Source: Hypanus sabinus
Lineage: Eukaryota
Length of the DNA: 64,000 nucleotides
Assembly (NCBI RefSeq): GCF_030144855.1
Contig: NC_082715.1
Coordinates: 146,506,001 to 146,570,000 of the forward strand
Reading direction: 5' to 3'
Positions 1 to 12,169 of the stretch are shown one piece after another. The notes under the pieces were generated by a model that was not told the DNA's origin, searched no databases, and saw only the letters and a list, made by a program, of their open reading frames with translations. Both the position numbers and the translations under genes were made by a program. Position 1 is the stretch's first letter. Every line of letters starts with the position of its first letter.

Positions 1-654
1 AATGTGACCTAGAGTCAGTGAAATGAAATAATATTCTTCTGGCAACTTGTATATTTTGTGCGTAAACGATTGAGTATCAACAGAGTAAGGGCACCTGTGA
101 ATCCCGAAGTACAAAGAGATTACGAACGCTAACTTTTAACGCCAATTATTATTGTATTTTAGTAAGACTACTTATTAACCTTCAGGCTCATGAACCAAAG
201 GTGATGACTTCACCCAACTTCACACCCCATCGTTGAAACAATCCCACAATTTAGAGATTACTTTCAAGCACTCTTCACCTCATGTTCTCGATACTTATTG
301 CTTGTTTGCTGTATCTATCTATCTTTTTATCCGTTTATTATCACTTATTTCTGTGTTTGCGCAGTTTGTTGTCTCTTGCGCTCTGGTTGTACGTTCGAGT
401 TGGTGTCGTCTTTCATTATTGGATTTATTGAGTATTCCCAAAAGAAAATGAATCTCAGGCTTGTATGTGGTGACATGCAAGCATATCAATATTATATTTA
501 CTTTGAAGTTTGGACCACCTGAACTCCAAGACATTACAGGATGGACATTTCCTCGTGTTTGCACAGGATGGACATGCCATTGACTCTATAGTGGCCCCTA
601 GTGACAGGAAGGAAGATGACAATGAAGGAGCAATAAGATCGACAGCTGTGTCAC

Positions 655-1978
655 AGCCTCAGAATCAGAATTATGTTTATCACCAGCGTGTGTCGTGATA
701 ATTGTTAAATTAGCAGCAGAAGTTCAATGCAATACATAATATGGAAGAAGATAACAAAATCAAAACAATAAATAAATAACAGTATATGCATATTGAATAG
801 ATTAAAAATCATGCAAAAACAGAAATAATATATATTAGGGAAAAGAGGTAGTGCCCATGGGCTCAATGTCCATTTAGGAATCGGACCGGCAGAGCGGAAG
901 AAGCTGTTACTGAATCGCTGAGTGTGTGCTTTTAGGCTTCTGTGCCTCCTGATGGTAGCAGTGTAAAAAGGGCATGCCCTGGGTGCTGGAGGTCCTTAAT
1001 GATGGATGCTGCCTTTCCAAGACACCGCTCCTTGGTGATCCCCTGAGTACTTTGTAAGCTACTACACAAAATGGAGCCAACTAAATTAACAACCCTCTGC
1101 AGCTTCTTTCGGTCCTGTGCAGTAGCACCCCATCAGCCCCCCTCCCCACAGCGGTCAGTGATACAGCCTGTCAGAATGTTCTCTACATCTGTAGAAGTTT
1201 TTCAGTGTTTTTGTTGATATACCAAATCTTTTCAAACTCCTTCTAAAGTATAGACGCTGTTTTGCCTTCCTTATATCTGCATCGATACATACCAGGTTAG
1301 GTCCTCAGAGATCTTGACACCCAGGAACTTGAAACTGCTCACTCTCTACACTTCTGATCCCTTTGTGAAGATTAGTATGTATTCCTTCCTCTCACCCTTC
1401 TTGAAGTCCACAATCATCTCTTCCGTCTTACTGACGTTGAGTGCAAGTTGTTGCTGCGGCACCAGTACACTAGTTGGCAGATCTCACTCCTGTAAGCCAC
1501 CACCAGCTCCCCCCCACCCCCCCGTCTCCATCTGAGATTCTAACAACAATGGTTGTATCATCAGTAAACTTATAGATGGTATTTCAGCTCTGCCTAACCA
1601 TGGTCATGGTATAGAGAGAGCAGAGTAGTGGGTTGAGCACATACCCCTGCGATGAACCAATGTTAATAGTCAGCGAGGAGGAGATATTATCACCAATTCC
1701 CACAGATTAGGAAGTTAGGAATCCAATTACAGAGGGAGGTAGAGAGGCCCAGGTTCTGTATCTTCCCAATCAGGATTGTAGAGATTTTGGTGTTAGACGC
1801 TGAGCTATATTCAATGTATAGCATCCTGACATAGGTGTTTGTATTGTCCAGGTGGTCTAAGGCCGTGTGAAGAGTCATTGAGATTGCATCTGCCATTGAG
1901 CTATTGTGACGATAGGCAAGTTGCAGTGGGTCTAGGTCCTTGCTGAGGCAGGAGTTCAGGCTAGTCGTGACCAACCTG
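655..1978 (-). mobile_element. Rex1/Babar-like LINE fragment (RT 3' part and UTR)
   Basis: QLAYRHNSSMADAISMTLHTALDHLDNTNTYVRMLYIEYSS; (AGAATC)-type tail at about 655; family assignment from motif recall. Confidence 0.7.
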
Positions 1979-1984
1979 GGAACA

Positions 1985-4900
1985 GATGTTCTCAGAGAAA
2001 TGTACGGAAGAAATGTTGCAAATATTCAGGGGATATTTGCGTGGAGTTCTGCATAGGTTCGTTCCAATGAGACAGTGAAAGGATGGTAGGGTACAAAAAG
2101 CGTGATGTACAAAGGATGTTGTAAATCTAGTCAAGAAGGGCTTACGAAATGTTCAAAAACTAGGTAATGAGACGGATCTGGAAGATTATAAGGCTAGCAA
2201 GAAGAAGTTTAAGAAAGAAATTAGGAGAGCCAGAAGCGGCTATGAGAAGGCCTAGGCGGACAGGATTAAGGAACACCCTAGGCATTCTTCAAGTAGGTGA
2301 AGAGCAAGAGGATGAGACCTGACAGAATAGGACCTATCAAGTGTGACAGTGGAAACGTGTATGGAACCAGAGGAGATAGCAGAGTCACTTAATAAGTACT
2401 TTGCTTCAGTATTCATTACAGAAGAGGATCTTGGCGACTGTAGGGATTGCTTACAGCGGACTAAAAAGCATGAGCATGTAGATATTAAGAAAGAGGATGT
2501 GCTGGAGCTTTTGGAAATCATCAAGTTGGTTAAGTCACCGGGACCGGACGAGATGTACCCTAGGCTATTGTGGGAGGCGAGGGAAGAGTTTGTTGAGCCT
2601 ATGGCGATGATCTTTGCATCATCAGTGTGGACGGGAGTGGTTCCGTGGGATTGAAGGGTTGCAAATGTTGTTCAATTATTCAAGAAAGGGAGTAGAGATG
2701 GCCCAGGACATTATAGACCAGTGAATCTTAGTCCAGTGGTTGGTAAGTTGATGGAGATGATCCTGAAAGGCAGAATTTATGATCAGTTGGAGAGGCATAA
2801 TATGGTTATGGTCGATGAATAGCATCCTGACATACTGTCCAGGTGATCTAAGGACGTGTGAAGAGTCATTGAGATTGCAGGAAAATGTACGGAAGAAATG
2901 TGGCAAATATTCAGGGGATATTTGCGTGGAGTTCTGCAGATTTCGCTCTAAATAGACAGGGAAAGGATTGCAGTGTACAGGAAACGTGGTGTACAAAGGA
3001 TGTTGTAAATCTAGTCAAGAAGAAAAGAAGAGCTTACGAAATGTTCAAAAGACTAGGTAATGAGAGAGATCCGGAAGATTATAAGGCGAGCAGGAAGAAG
3101 CTTAAGAAAGAAATTAGGAAAGCCAGAAGCGGCCATGAGAAGGCTTTGGTGGACAGGATTATGGAACAGTAAAGGCATTCTTCAAGTATATGAAGAGCAA
3201 GAGGATAAGACCAGACAGAATAGGACCAATCAAGTGTAACAGTGGAAAAGTGTGTATGGAACCAGAAGAGATAGCAGAGGTACTTAATGAGTACTTTGCT
3301 TCAGTATTCACTCTAGAGAAGGATCTTGGTGATTTTAGGGATGACATACAGCCGACTGAAAAGCATGAGCATGTGGATATTAAGAATGAGGATGTGCTGG
3401 AGCTTTTCGAAAGCATGAAGTTGGATAAGTCAGCGTGGCCGAACGTGATGTACCCTTGGCTACTGTGAGAGGCGAGGGAAGAGTTTGTTGAGCCTCTGGC
3501 GATGATCTTTTCATCAGCAGTGGAGAAGGGAGAGGTTCTTGGGTATTGGAGGTCTGCGGATGTTGTTCCATTATTCAAAAAAGGGAGTAGAGATAACCCA
3601 GGAAATTATACACCAGTGAGTCTTCGTCCAGTGGTTGGTACGTTGATGGATTAAATCCTGAAAGGCAGGATTTATGAACATTTGGAGAGGGGTAATATGG
3701 TTAGGAATAGTCAGCATGGCTTTGTGAAAGGCAGGTCGTGCCTTACGAGGCTGATTGAAGTTCTTGAGGATGTGACTAAACACATTGATGAAGGTAGAGC
3801 AGTAGATGTAGTGTATATTGATTTCAGCAAGGCTATTGACAAGGTATCCTATGCAAACCTTATTGAGAAAGTAATGAGGCATGGAAACCAAGAGGCATTA
3901 CTTTGTAGATCCAAGACCTGCCAGCCCACAGAAGGCAAAGAGTGGTTGTAGACTGGTCATATTCTGCTTGGAGGTCTGTCACCAGTGGTATCAGGGATCT
4001 GTTCTGGGACCCCTACTCTTCATGATTTTTATAAATGATCTGGATGAGAAAGTGGAGGGATGAGTTAGTAAATTTGCTAATGACACAAAGGTTGGGGGCG
4101 TTGTGGATAGTGTGGAGGGCTGTTAGAGGTTACAGCGGGACATTGATAGAATGCAAAACTGGGCAGAGAAGTGGCAGATGGAGTTCAACCCAGATAAGTT
4201 TGAGCGGTTCATTTTGGTAGGTCAAATATGATGGCAGAATATAGTGTTAAAGGTAAGGCTCTTGGCAGTGTGGAGGATCAGAGGGATTTTGAGGTCCGAG
4301 TCCATAGGACGCTCAAAGTAGCTGCGAAGGTTGACTCTGTGGTTACGAGGGCATACAGTGCATTGGCCATCATCAATCGAGGGGTTGAGTTTAAGAGCCG
4401 AGAGGTAAAGTTGCAGCTATAAAGGACCCTGGTCAGACCCCACTTGGATTACTGTGCTCAGTTGTGGTCGCCTCACTACAGGAAGGATGTGGATCCATAG
4501 AAATGGTGCAGAGGAGATTAACGACGATGTTGCCTGGACTGGGGAACATGTGTTATGAGAATAGGTTGGGTAAACTCGGCCTTTCTCCCTTGGAGCGACG
4601 GAGGGTGGGAGGTGACCCGATAGAAGTGTGTAAGATGTTGAGAGGCATTGATCAAGTTCGTCAGATGTTTTTCCCACGGCGGAAATTGCTAGCAGGAGAA
4701 GGCACAGTGTTAAGGTGCTTGAAGGTAGCTACAGAGGAGATGTTAGGGGTAGGTTTTATTACGCAGAGAATGGTGAGTGCGTGGAATGGGCTGCCAGCGA
4801 GGATGGTGGATGCGGATACGATAGGTTCTTTTAAGAGACTCCTGGACAGTTACATGGAGCTCAGAAATCTGGAGAGCTATGGGTAACAGTAGGTAATTCC

Positions 4901-4985
4901 TAAGTTAAGGACATGTTCGGCACAGCTTTGTGGGTCGAATGGTCTGTATTGTGCTGCAGGCTTTCTATGTTTCTATGTTCTCTGT
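1985..4985 (+). mobile_element. Degenerate CR1 ORF2 with an internal tandem duplication
   Basis: KYFASVF, NYRPVSL, QHGFVKGRSC, DFSKA, GSVLGP, RPHLDYC remnants and a (CTATGTTT)n tail; about 2000-2820 repeated at about 2880-3700. Confidence 0.85.
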
Positions 4986-5964
4986 GTTCTCAGGAATTCG
5001 AGGAGCAAGCATACGTTTAGAGGTTAGCAGATGGGGGGGGGTGGTGGGGGCGGTGTGTTGAGTGGTTTTGGGGATTCTGCAGTGCAATAACTGCCTTTAC
5101 AGAAGCGATTTCCATGTCACTATTAATAGAACAAAGCTAACACAGATGTGTGATTGAATTGTGTCAAGACGGAAAAAAAGGAAAAATTATAGCTAATATC
5201 GCTCCGCATGTTAAAGCCCAGAGTCAGAAGTGAATTGGAGTGGCTCGCTACAATTCATGTATGGTATCTCAGAGGAAGAAGTCAAACATACGTAGAGGCC
5301 ATATGCACTGCTATCTGCCTGAGCTCGTGGCACGGAATCGGAAAGGGATCAGAACATCTCCGTTTGCAGCTTCGAAACACTCTCCCCGATTCAGGTGGAG
5401 CAGTAATAAAGCTTCATCCTGAAATGCTGTCAAATTTCTTTGACAGCTGATGTCGTGCTCTGGTTGTATCGGTAATTAACTGTAAAACCGGCATGAGAAA
5501 TAGGGCATATTTTTTTTCTTTCTAAAATGAACAGACTTTCATCAAGTTCTAGTTGTTATTCGACCTTAGCATCATGTTCCTTTCCTTTCCCTTAACATAG
5601 AGAAATCCGTGATTTTATGAACGAATTTAATGAAGTTGTCTCCAAAGGCTGGAGAATTAACCTTTTAAGAGCAGATTAAGTGCGCGTGCTTGAGTGAGGA
5701 GCAGGCTTTGCCAAGGTGCCATTTCTGGAAACTTGCCGTAGCCTCCCCAAGACAGAATTCCGGCAAAAGGCCTGATTCCTTCTCACTTCTGTGCAATCGC
5801 TCAATCTGAAACAGGTTGTGGACTCCTCATCTAGAAAAGTATCCTCTCTTCTTTCAGCATGTTAAGATCTGTTGGAACTTCACATTTCATCGAGATTTCC
5901 CCTCATTCTCGTAAATTCTAGAGGAAACAGGCGGAGACCACGCCATTTGTTCCCGGATAGCGAA

Positions 5965-6660
5965 CTCACTGTATATACACGTACATGGATAGGGTGGTGA
6001 AGAAAGCTTTTGGTACATTGGCCTTTATAAATCAGAGCATTGTGTATAGTATATTGTGTATAGGAGTTGGGATGTAATGTTAAAATTGTACAAGGCATTG
6101 GTAAGGCCAAATTTGGAGTATTGTGTATAGTTCTGGGCACCGAATTATAGGAAAGATGTCAACAAAATAGAGAGAGTACAGAGGAGATTTACTAGAATGT
6201 TACCTGGGTTTCAGCACCTAAGTTACATAGAAAGGTTGAACAAGTTAGGTCTTTATTCTTTGGACCGTAGATGGTTGAGGGGGGACTTGATAGAGGTATT
6301 TGAATTTATGAGGGGGATAGATAGAGTTGACGTGGATAAGCTTTTTCCATTGAGAGTAGGGGAGATTCAAGCAAGAGGACATGAGTTGAGAGTTAGGGGG
6401 CAAAAGTTTAAGGGTAACACGACGGGGAATTTCTTTACTCAGAAAGTGGTAGCTGTGTGGAACGAGGTTCCAGTAGAAGTGGTAGAGGCAAGTTCGGTAT
6501 TGTCATTTAAAGTAAAATTGGATAGGTATATGGACAGGAAAAGAATGGAGGGTTATGGGCTGAGTGCGGGTCAGTGGGACTAGGTGAGAGTAAGCGTTCG
6601 GCACGGACTAAAAGGGCCGAGATGGCCTGTGTCTGTGCTGTAATTATTATATGGTTATAT
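5965..6660 (+). mobile_element. CR1 3' fragment
   Basis: ORF 6197-6583 (LYSLDRRWLRGDLIEVF...) and 3' UTR. Confidence 0.85.
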
Positions 6661-7199
6661 ATAATGTTTTAGCTAAATGTTTTAAAAATGTCCAGGTTAA
6701 ACATTTCCAAATGTATGTGCAAGTACAGTACTTCCTGAAGAGGGGTCACAGCCCGAATTAAATGATGCCTAAGCTGCTGTTTTTCTTCAGCATTTTGTCT
6801 ATGTGCTGCTTTGGATTTCCACTATCTGCAGGATCTCTCCTGTTTATGATTTACTGCCATTCCCTCCTGGGTATTGATGCATTTAAGGTGATTATTTTCG
6901 GCCAAACCCAAACTGTTGGAGAAATCAACGGAATCGGCATAATTCCGAGGCAGAAAATTTGGTACAAACTGAGTGATGCACTACTATTTCACTATTTGGT
7001 TCCTACAGCCACCCAGGTTCCGCTAATAACTGCATAACCATTCAAGCTGTGGTGAACTTTCAGAATAAACCACAAGGAGTCAGGTTTGGAGAAGACACTG
7101 GCTTTCGACAGACATCGAAATCCTAGTTAAGACGAAGAAAGTTCACAGCAGGTGTAGGTAGCAAGGAACAAAGGAGGTACCTGAGGAGTCTAAGAAATG

Positions 7200-8265
7200 T
7201 ACTTCTAACGGGTATAAGATTGCAGTTAAGAAGGAAATTTTGAGGGCTCATAGAAGGCATGAAGTTGCTCTAGCAAACAAAGGAAAGGAATCTCCAGAGT
7301 TTCTACATGTATATCACTAGTAACAGTATAGCAAGTGACTAATGGGTGCTCTTTCCGATCAGAGTGGCCATGAAGCCGAAGGAGCTCAGAGAGATCACAA
7401 GTGGAATTTTTATATCGGTATTTTCTCGGGAGACGGACACAGAGCGAGGCAAAACAATAGTGTGTTCGTGGACTTAAGTGAATTACAGAGGAGGAAGTTT
7501 TAACGTTTTGGGGCAGCTTAGGATGGACATTCCCCAGGGGCTGAAAAAGTGCTCTCGAACTTTGTGGGAGACTAGTGCAGAAATTGCAGGGCACCAAGCA
7601 AATATATTTAAAAGGTCAGCCTCAGGTGAGGGGCCGGGGAATGGGAGGATAACTAATGTTCCGTTTTTCAAGAAACGCTCCAAGAATAGGATTGGCAATA
7701 ATAGGGCGGTGATCCTGACGTTAGTAGTGGGTAGGTTATCGTCAGCGATTCTAAGGGATCAGACATAAAGCATTTGTAGAAACACGGAGACTATTTAGGA
7801 TTAGTCAATATGGATTTGTGCGTGGTGGGTAAAATCTAACCAATCTTATAGAGCTTTTTTCAGGACGCCATTAAGAGATTTGATGACGGAAAAACAATGT
7901 ATATTGACGACAAAGACTATAGGGAGGCCATTGACTAGGCCCCGTATGGGAGGTTATCATGAAGGTTAAGTCGTTTGGCATTCAGTATAAGGTAGTAATC
8001 TGGAATAGGTATTGTCTTCGCAGGAACAGCCAGAGAGTGCTCATAGATGTTCTCCTCTCTGAGAAGAGGCCTGTGGCCAGTAGAGTACCTCAGGGATGGG
8101 TGTAATTTCTGTTGTTGATTGTCATCTATATCAATGATCCGAATGACAATTGATAAACTGGATCATCGTATTTGTGGATCTTACGAAGATTGTGAAGGCA
8201 GTTAACAACGAGCAAGGCCATTAAAGCTTGTAGCGGGATCTGAAGCAGCTGAAAAAATAGGCTGA
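7200..8265 (+). mobile_element. Old degenerate CR1 (spacer block shared with the cluster C flank)
   Basis: RT remnants (NNRAVILTLVVG); homologous to about 53100-53430 plus 55020-55770. Confidence 0.65.
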
Positions 8266-8876
8266 AAATGGCAGACACATCAACACACTTCCAAAGGAAG
8301 CGAAGGTTAAAGTTGCGTCGAGAGAGGAATATTATTTCTTTCAGCCCCGAATACTCAAACCCATTATCTAATACTGTAACCTTTTGCTCTCAAGATAAAG
8401 TAAGCAGGAACCATCTTGGCATCTGCCTAGTGCATAAAGAGTTTTATATATTTCAATGGCATCGCCTCTGTTCCATATAAACGCAGTGGAATATATACCC
8501 TATGGATTCATTCACTTAAACAAAATCTGCTGCGCTTCTTACGAACTGAGGCGTGCACAACCTCCAGAAGACAAGGGAACCAGAACTGTGTGTAATACTC
8601 CAGGTAATGCCCAATCTAATGGCAACAAAAAGAGTGAAGTAGATTGTCCCTTTCCAACCATTTCACGGCGTATATATGTGTCAATCGTCCTCAGTTAAAT
8701 GAGTTTTCCATGACACAGCATTGTGTGTCTGTCTTTGCAAGTGTGCGCTTACATGTGGGTGCGTGAACCATCTGATGGCTACACAAGTTTTTTTTTAGAT
8801 GATATCTCGCACGTTTCACTGCTGCAATTTTGCATCAAGGCAATATCATTAAACAGAGATTAAATTATATGTTTAG

Positions 8877-8882
8877 TTTATT
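8877..8882 (-). terminator. Candidate polyadenylation signal AATAAA, cluster A
   Basis: AATAAA on minus about 350 nt after the C stop; retained at the homologous position in clusters B (about 29922) and C (about 58950). Confidence 0.5.
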
Positions 8883-9233
8883 CTGCACTCGAAATAAAAG
8901 CCATGAAATTATACATGATCAGACATGATTGTTAATGTTATTGGATATTTGTGCTCGAAATCGTTTGCAGTAGGCGAGCATCAAGACTGCAATCTTCAGA
9001 CCACGGTCATTTGATGAGTATTTGGGGATGCATTTAACTGAAATTAATTAACATTGGAGTTCAATTAACAATGATACCGATTTAATAGAAACACAATTAA
9101 GACTGACAAAACTTAAATGATGACTCCGACTGCAAATACTTATCTACAAAAGAATAATGGTTCAAAATCATTTTAATGAAGAAAAAGACTGGGAAAATAA
9201 GCTTTTCATTTTGATAGAGTTTTAAATATAGTT

Positions 9234-9556
9234 TTAGATACAGCCGGATCTCGCGATCGTTTCTTCAAGAGGGTTTGCTTGACTCTCGTGTTTAACCACA
9301 CAGGAGTAACGCTCGTGTGAGTTCCATTCTGAGGCTGGTAGAGTCAGGTAACTGCTCGCACTGAACGTGTTGTCCGTCTCCTGCTGGACAGGGCTCGTCT
9401 CCACGCCATCCCTTCTCGGTCGACCGTCCATGCTCCATTCAATGTCCACTGCGCCCGGATTAAAACGGCTCACCAAACACACCAGCGTCGCTGTGCCTTT
9501 TCCTGTGATTTCTTGCGCTGAAGGTCGGAGAACGGAGACGGCAGGAGCACGAGGAT
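9234..9556 (-). CDS. IGLC: Cluster A constant exon (C1-set, elasmobranch lambda/type II-like)
   Basis: Acceptor TTTTACACAG|AT; phase matches the J donor (G-N-PRAPAVSVLRPSAQEITGKGTATLVCLVS..IEW..SSYLTL..YSCVVKHES..ARSGCI, TAA at 9234-9236); penultimate Cys for the H-L bond; isotype judged from recalled similarity to shark type II C (GNPRSPTVSVLPPS..., EWNSHE). Confidence 0.95.
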
Positions 9557-12169
9557 CTGTGTAAAATAAGGTCCAAGTTTAGTTCAGGTTGAGAAACTGT
9601 TCCAGTTAAAACATCCCGTTTGTTGATAGTGCATTTGGTATTGCATGTATGCATTCATCTTAATGAATGAATATTTCTTTTTCCGCTTTCCCGTTAAATT
9701 GGACGTGAAAAAATTGCCAGTTCAAATCTCCCGTGAATAATTGCTCTTTGTGAGTCTGGGGCATTAAGTGTACAATGGGGTAAAAATGAATGATTTCGGC
9801 ACCGGTTTTAATCAGTCTTCAATGCATGCATTCATTCGATTCAGGTTGAATAAAAATCCGAGGTTATACCTGACTGCTAATTGTGACTTCTATTGACACC
9901 TCAGCCTCCACTGTCCCTACTTCTACCTTAGACATCTTCACTTGATACAACTTTTCAGTCATCAAGACAAGAAGCAGAAGTCTATTCATGTTTTGCTTAA
10001 AATCATTGATTAGTACAATGGCTCTCAACAATTCTTATGCCATAGATCCTTACCATCAGCAAAGTGGTCTATAGACCCAGGTCGGGAGCCCCGGGATAGG
10101 TATATTATATTCTAAGCCATCGGAATACAAAGATCATTTTGCAGCAACATTACATTTACAGGCTGCTTGTATTTTAAATCACGTTAGGAAAGTTTAACAT
10201 TAATGTTAAACACGTTTTGTTTCTGAGATATTATTTTATCCCACTTGAAGTAAATAATTCAAATCTGGTTTGCGGAGTGCAGGCGGATTTTCCACCTTGC
10301 ACTCACCGCTGAGAAAACCAGTTTCTTACGATGTTCACGGCCGATGTGGCAAAAAAGAGAGAATAACCCCCTCTTCATCTGATATGGTTCAGAACTACGG
10401 CTCACCGCAGTTCATTTTCGTATCTTTAAGTTACTTAACGTGTAAGTTTGAGCCGCTCGCTGTTCCGTGATTCCATTTTTGATGCAATAAAAAAATGTAA
10501 TGATGCCATCACTAACTTACTGCCCGTTATGCCTGTATTGTTTTGGCAGCAATGGAAGTCCTCAATCTGCCAGTAAAAACCGTCGCACACAGATATAGAA
10601 AGATTCTTCATTGTTGTTTCCGTAACAAACTTTCACCAGTCAGGGTTGAGAGCTCTGACCGGAACCTCTAATTTTGGATGTCCGATGGACCACTCATAGT
10701 CTGGCCTCCACCCTTTGACCTGTTGGGCATGGTTGACCCCACCAATAGCCAAAGCACAAGGCCTAGCTATATTCTAGGGAATATAGCTCTGTGGGTCCTT
10801 CAGCCACGCATGTCTCCAAATCCTAAGATAAGGTTGTTGGAGGTTTATTTCCACGCCGTGACCCAAATGCATCACAATTTTAAACCACAAAAGAATTTCA
10901 ATATTAAAATTGATAGAAAAGTCTGTCTGCTGTGTTTGGGCACATTGGCGTTCCAAAGAGAGAAATAACATCATCAGTTGAAAACATAAAATACTAAAAG
11001 GCATCTTCTAATAAAGACTGAGATTTTCCGTTCTAATATCTATGTGCTTCTCTTCGAAGCTCGTTATGGTCCTATATGGCGCGAGTGTTTCAGAATACAT
11101 TCAAGTTCAAATTGAATTCTATTCAGCAAATCACTCGTGAAATGTTTTAAAATCTCTTGGCAGTATAAGACAAATACTTAAAGTTCAAAGTGGCGTGAAA
11201 AGCTTTTAAATATAAAATTGGACAATGATTAACCTATCAGTTGTTCTTCTCAGTGTCATCTGAAAACTCTTCCTAGAACTGATGTACTAATTAATGCGGT
11301 GCTGATTGCATTCTATTCTTTTTTCTGGGCATCCCAAGAATTCCCATTCACTGCCGTGTATGTCCTCACCCATGTGTCAGGTGGAATATATAGTACCAGG
11401 TCTACTGTTTTTAGGAAAATGGAAGGAGACACAAAAATACCTTGTGAGGGTATTGAAAGCTCTGCAAACAGGATTCAAATTTTGTTATTCTTTTTCATTT
11501 CCGCCTTCCCTCGCGACACCAGGGACCACATCAGGGAAAACATCATCAAATTATATGATTTGTTCCAAAAGTTTCAATCCTGTGCTCGTCATTAATAAAG
11601 GCTGTCTGAATCATTAGTTGAAATGTTTAGGGCGACGGACAAAAACTATACACTATCGAGGTTTTAGCAATGTTATAGGTTATTCCATTGGAACCAATCG
11701 CTTTAGTCATCTATCTTTCTTCATCTATGCAAGTTTCTGATTTTTAAGAATGCTCCAGGATTCAGTGATTAGTGGCTAGCAGTTATCATATGGGTCTGAC
11801 GGGCATCAACACAAAATGGTGACATCAGCAAAGGTGCTTCTACAGACAAAATAATACATGCTAACTAAATTCGGAAATTCAGGAATATACCCATTGAAAA
11901 ACGATCGGAATATTCTTAAGCTGGTTTGGCAAATATTAGTTCATCCCGTATTAAACCAGCATGAATTTTAAAAGAAATATTGGGGCATTTAGCGTTTCGG
12001 GCGCGCGAGTTCAACTAAGTTGCCAATGGACCGTTAATCGTGGTTGGATATCTGAAAAACTCCGCCTTGAAAAGCATTTGTTTCGAAGCCACAATTAGAC
12101 TACAGAAAATTAATTATTGTTCACTTAAGTACCAGGAAGCCAAGCGAATTGACTGGATATTTTACTTAC

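Noticed and set aside
9234-9556. Assignment to type I (sigma-cart), sigma or kappa isotype
   Set aside because: The C start (NPRAP.VS.L.PS), EWNSHE and ..SGCI end fit recalled type II/lambda better; not formally tested by phylogeny.
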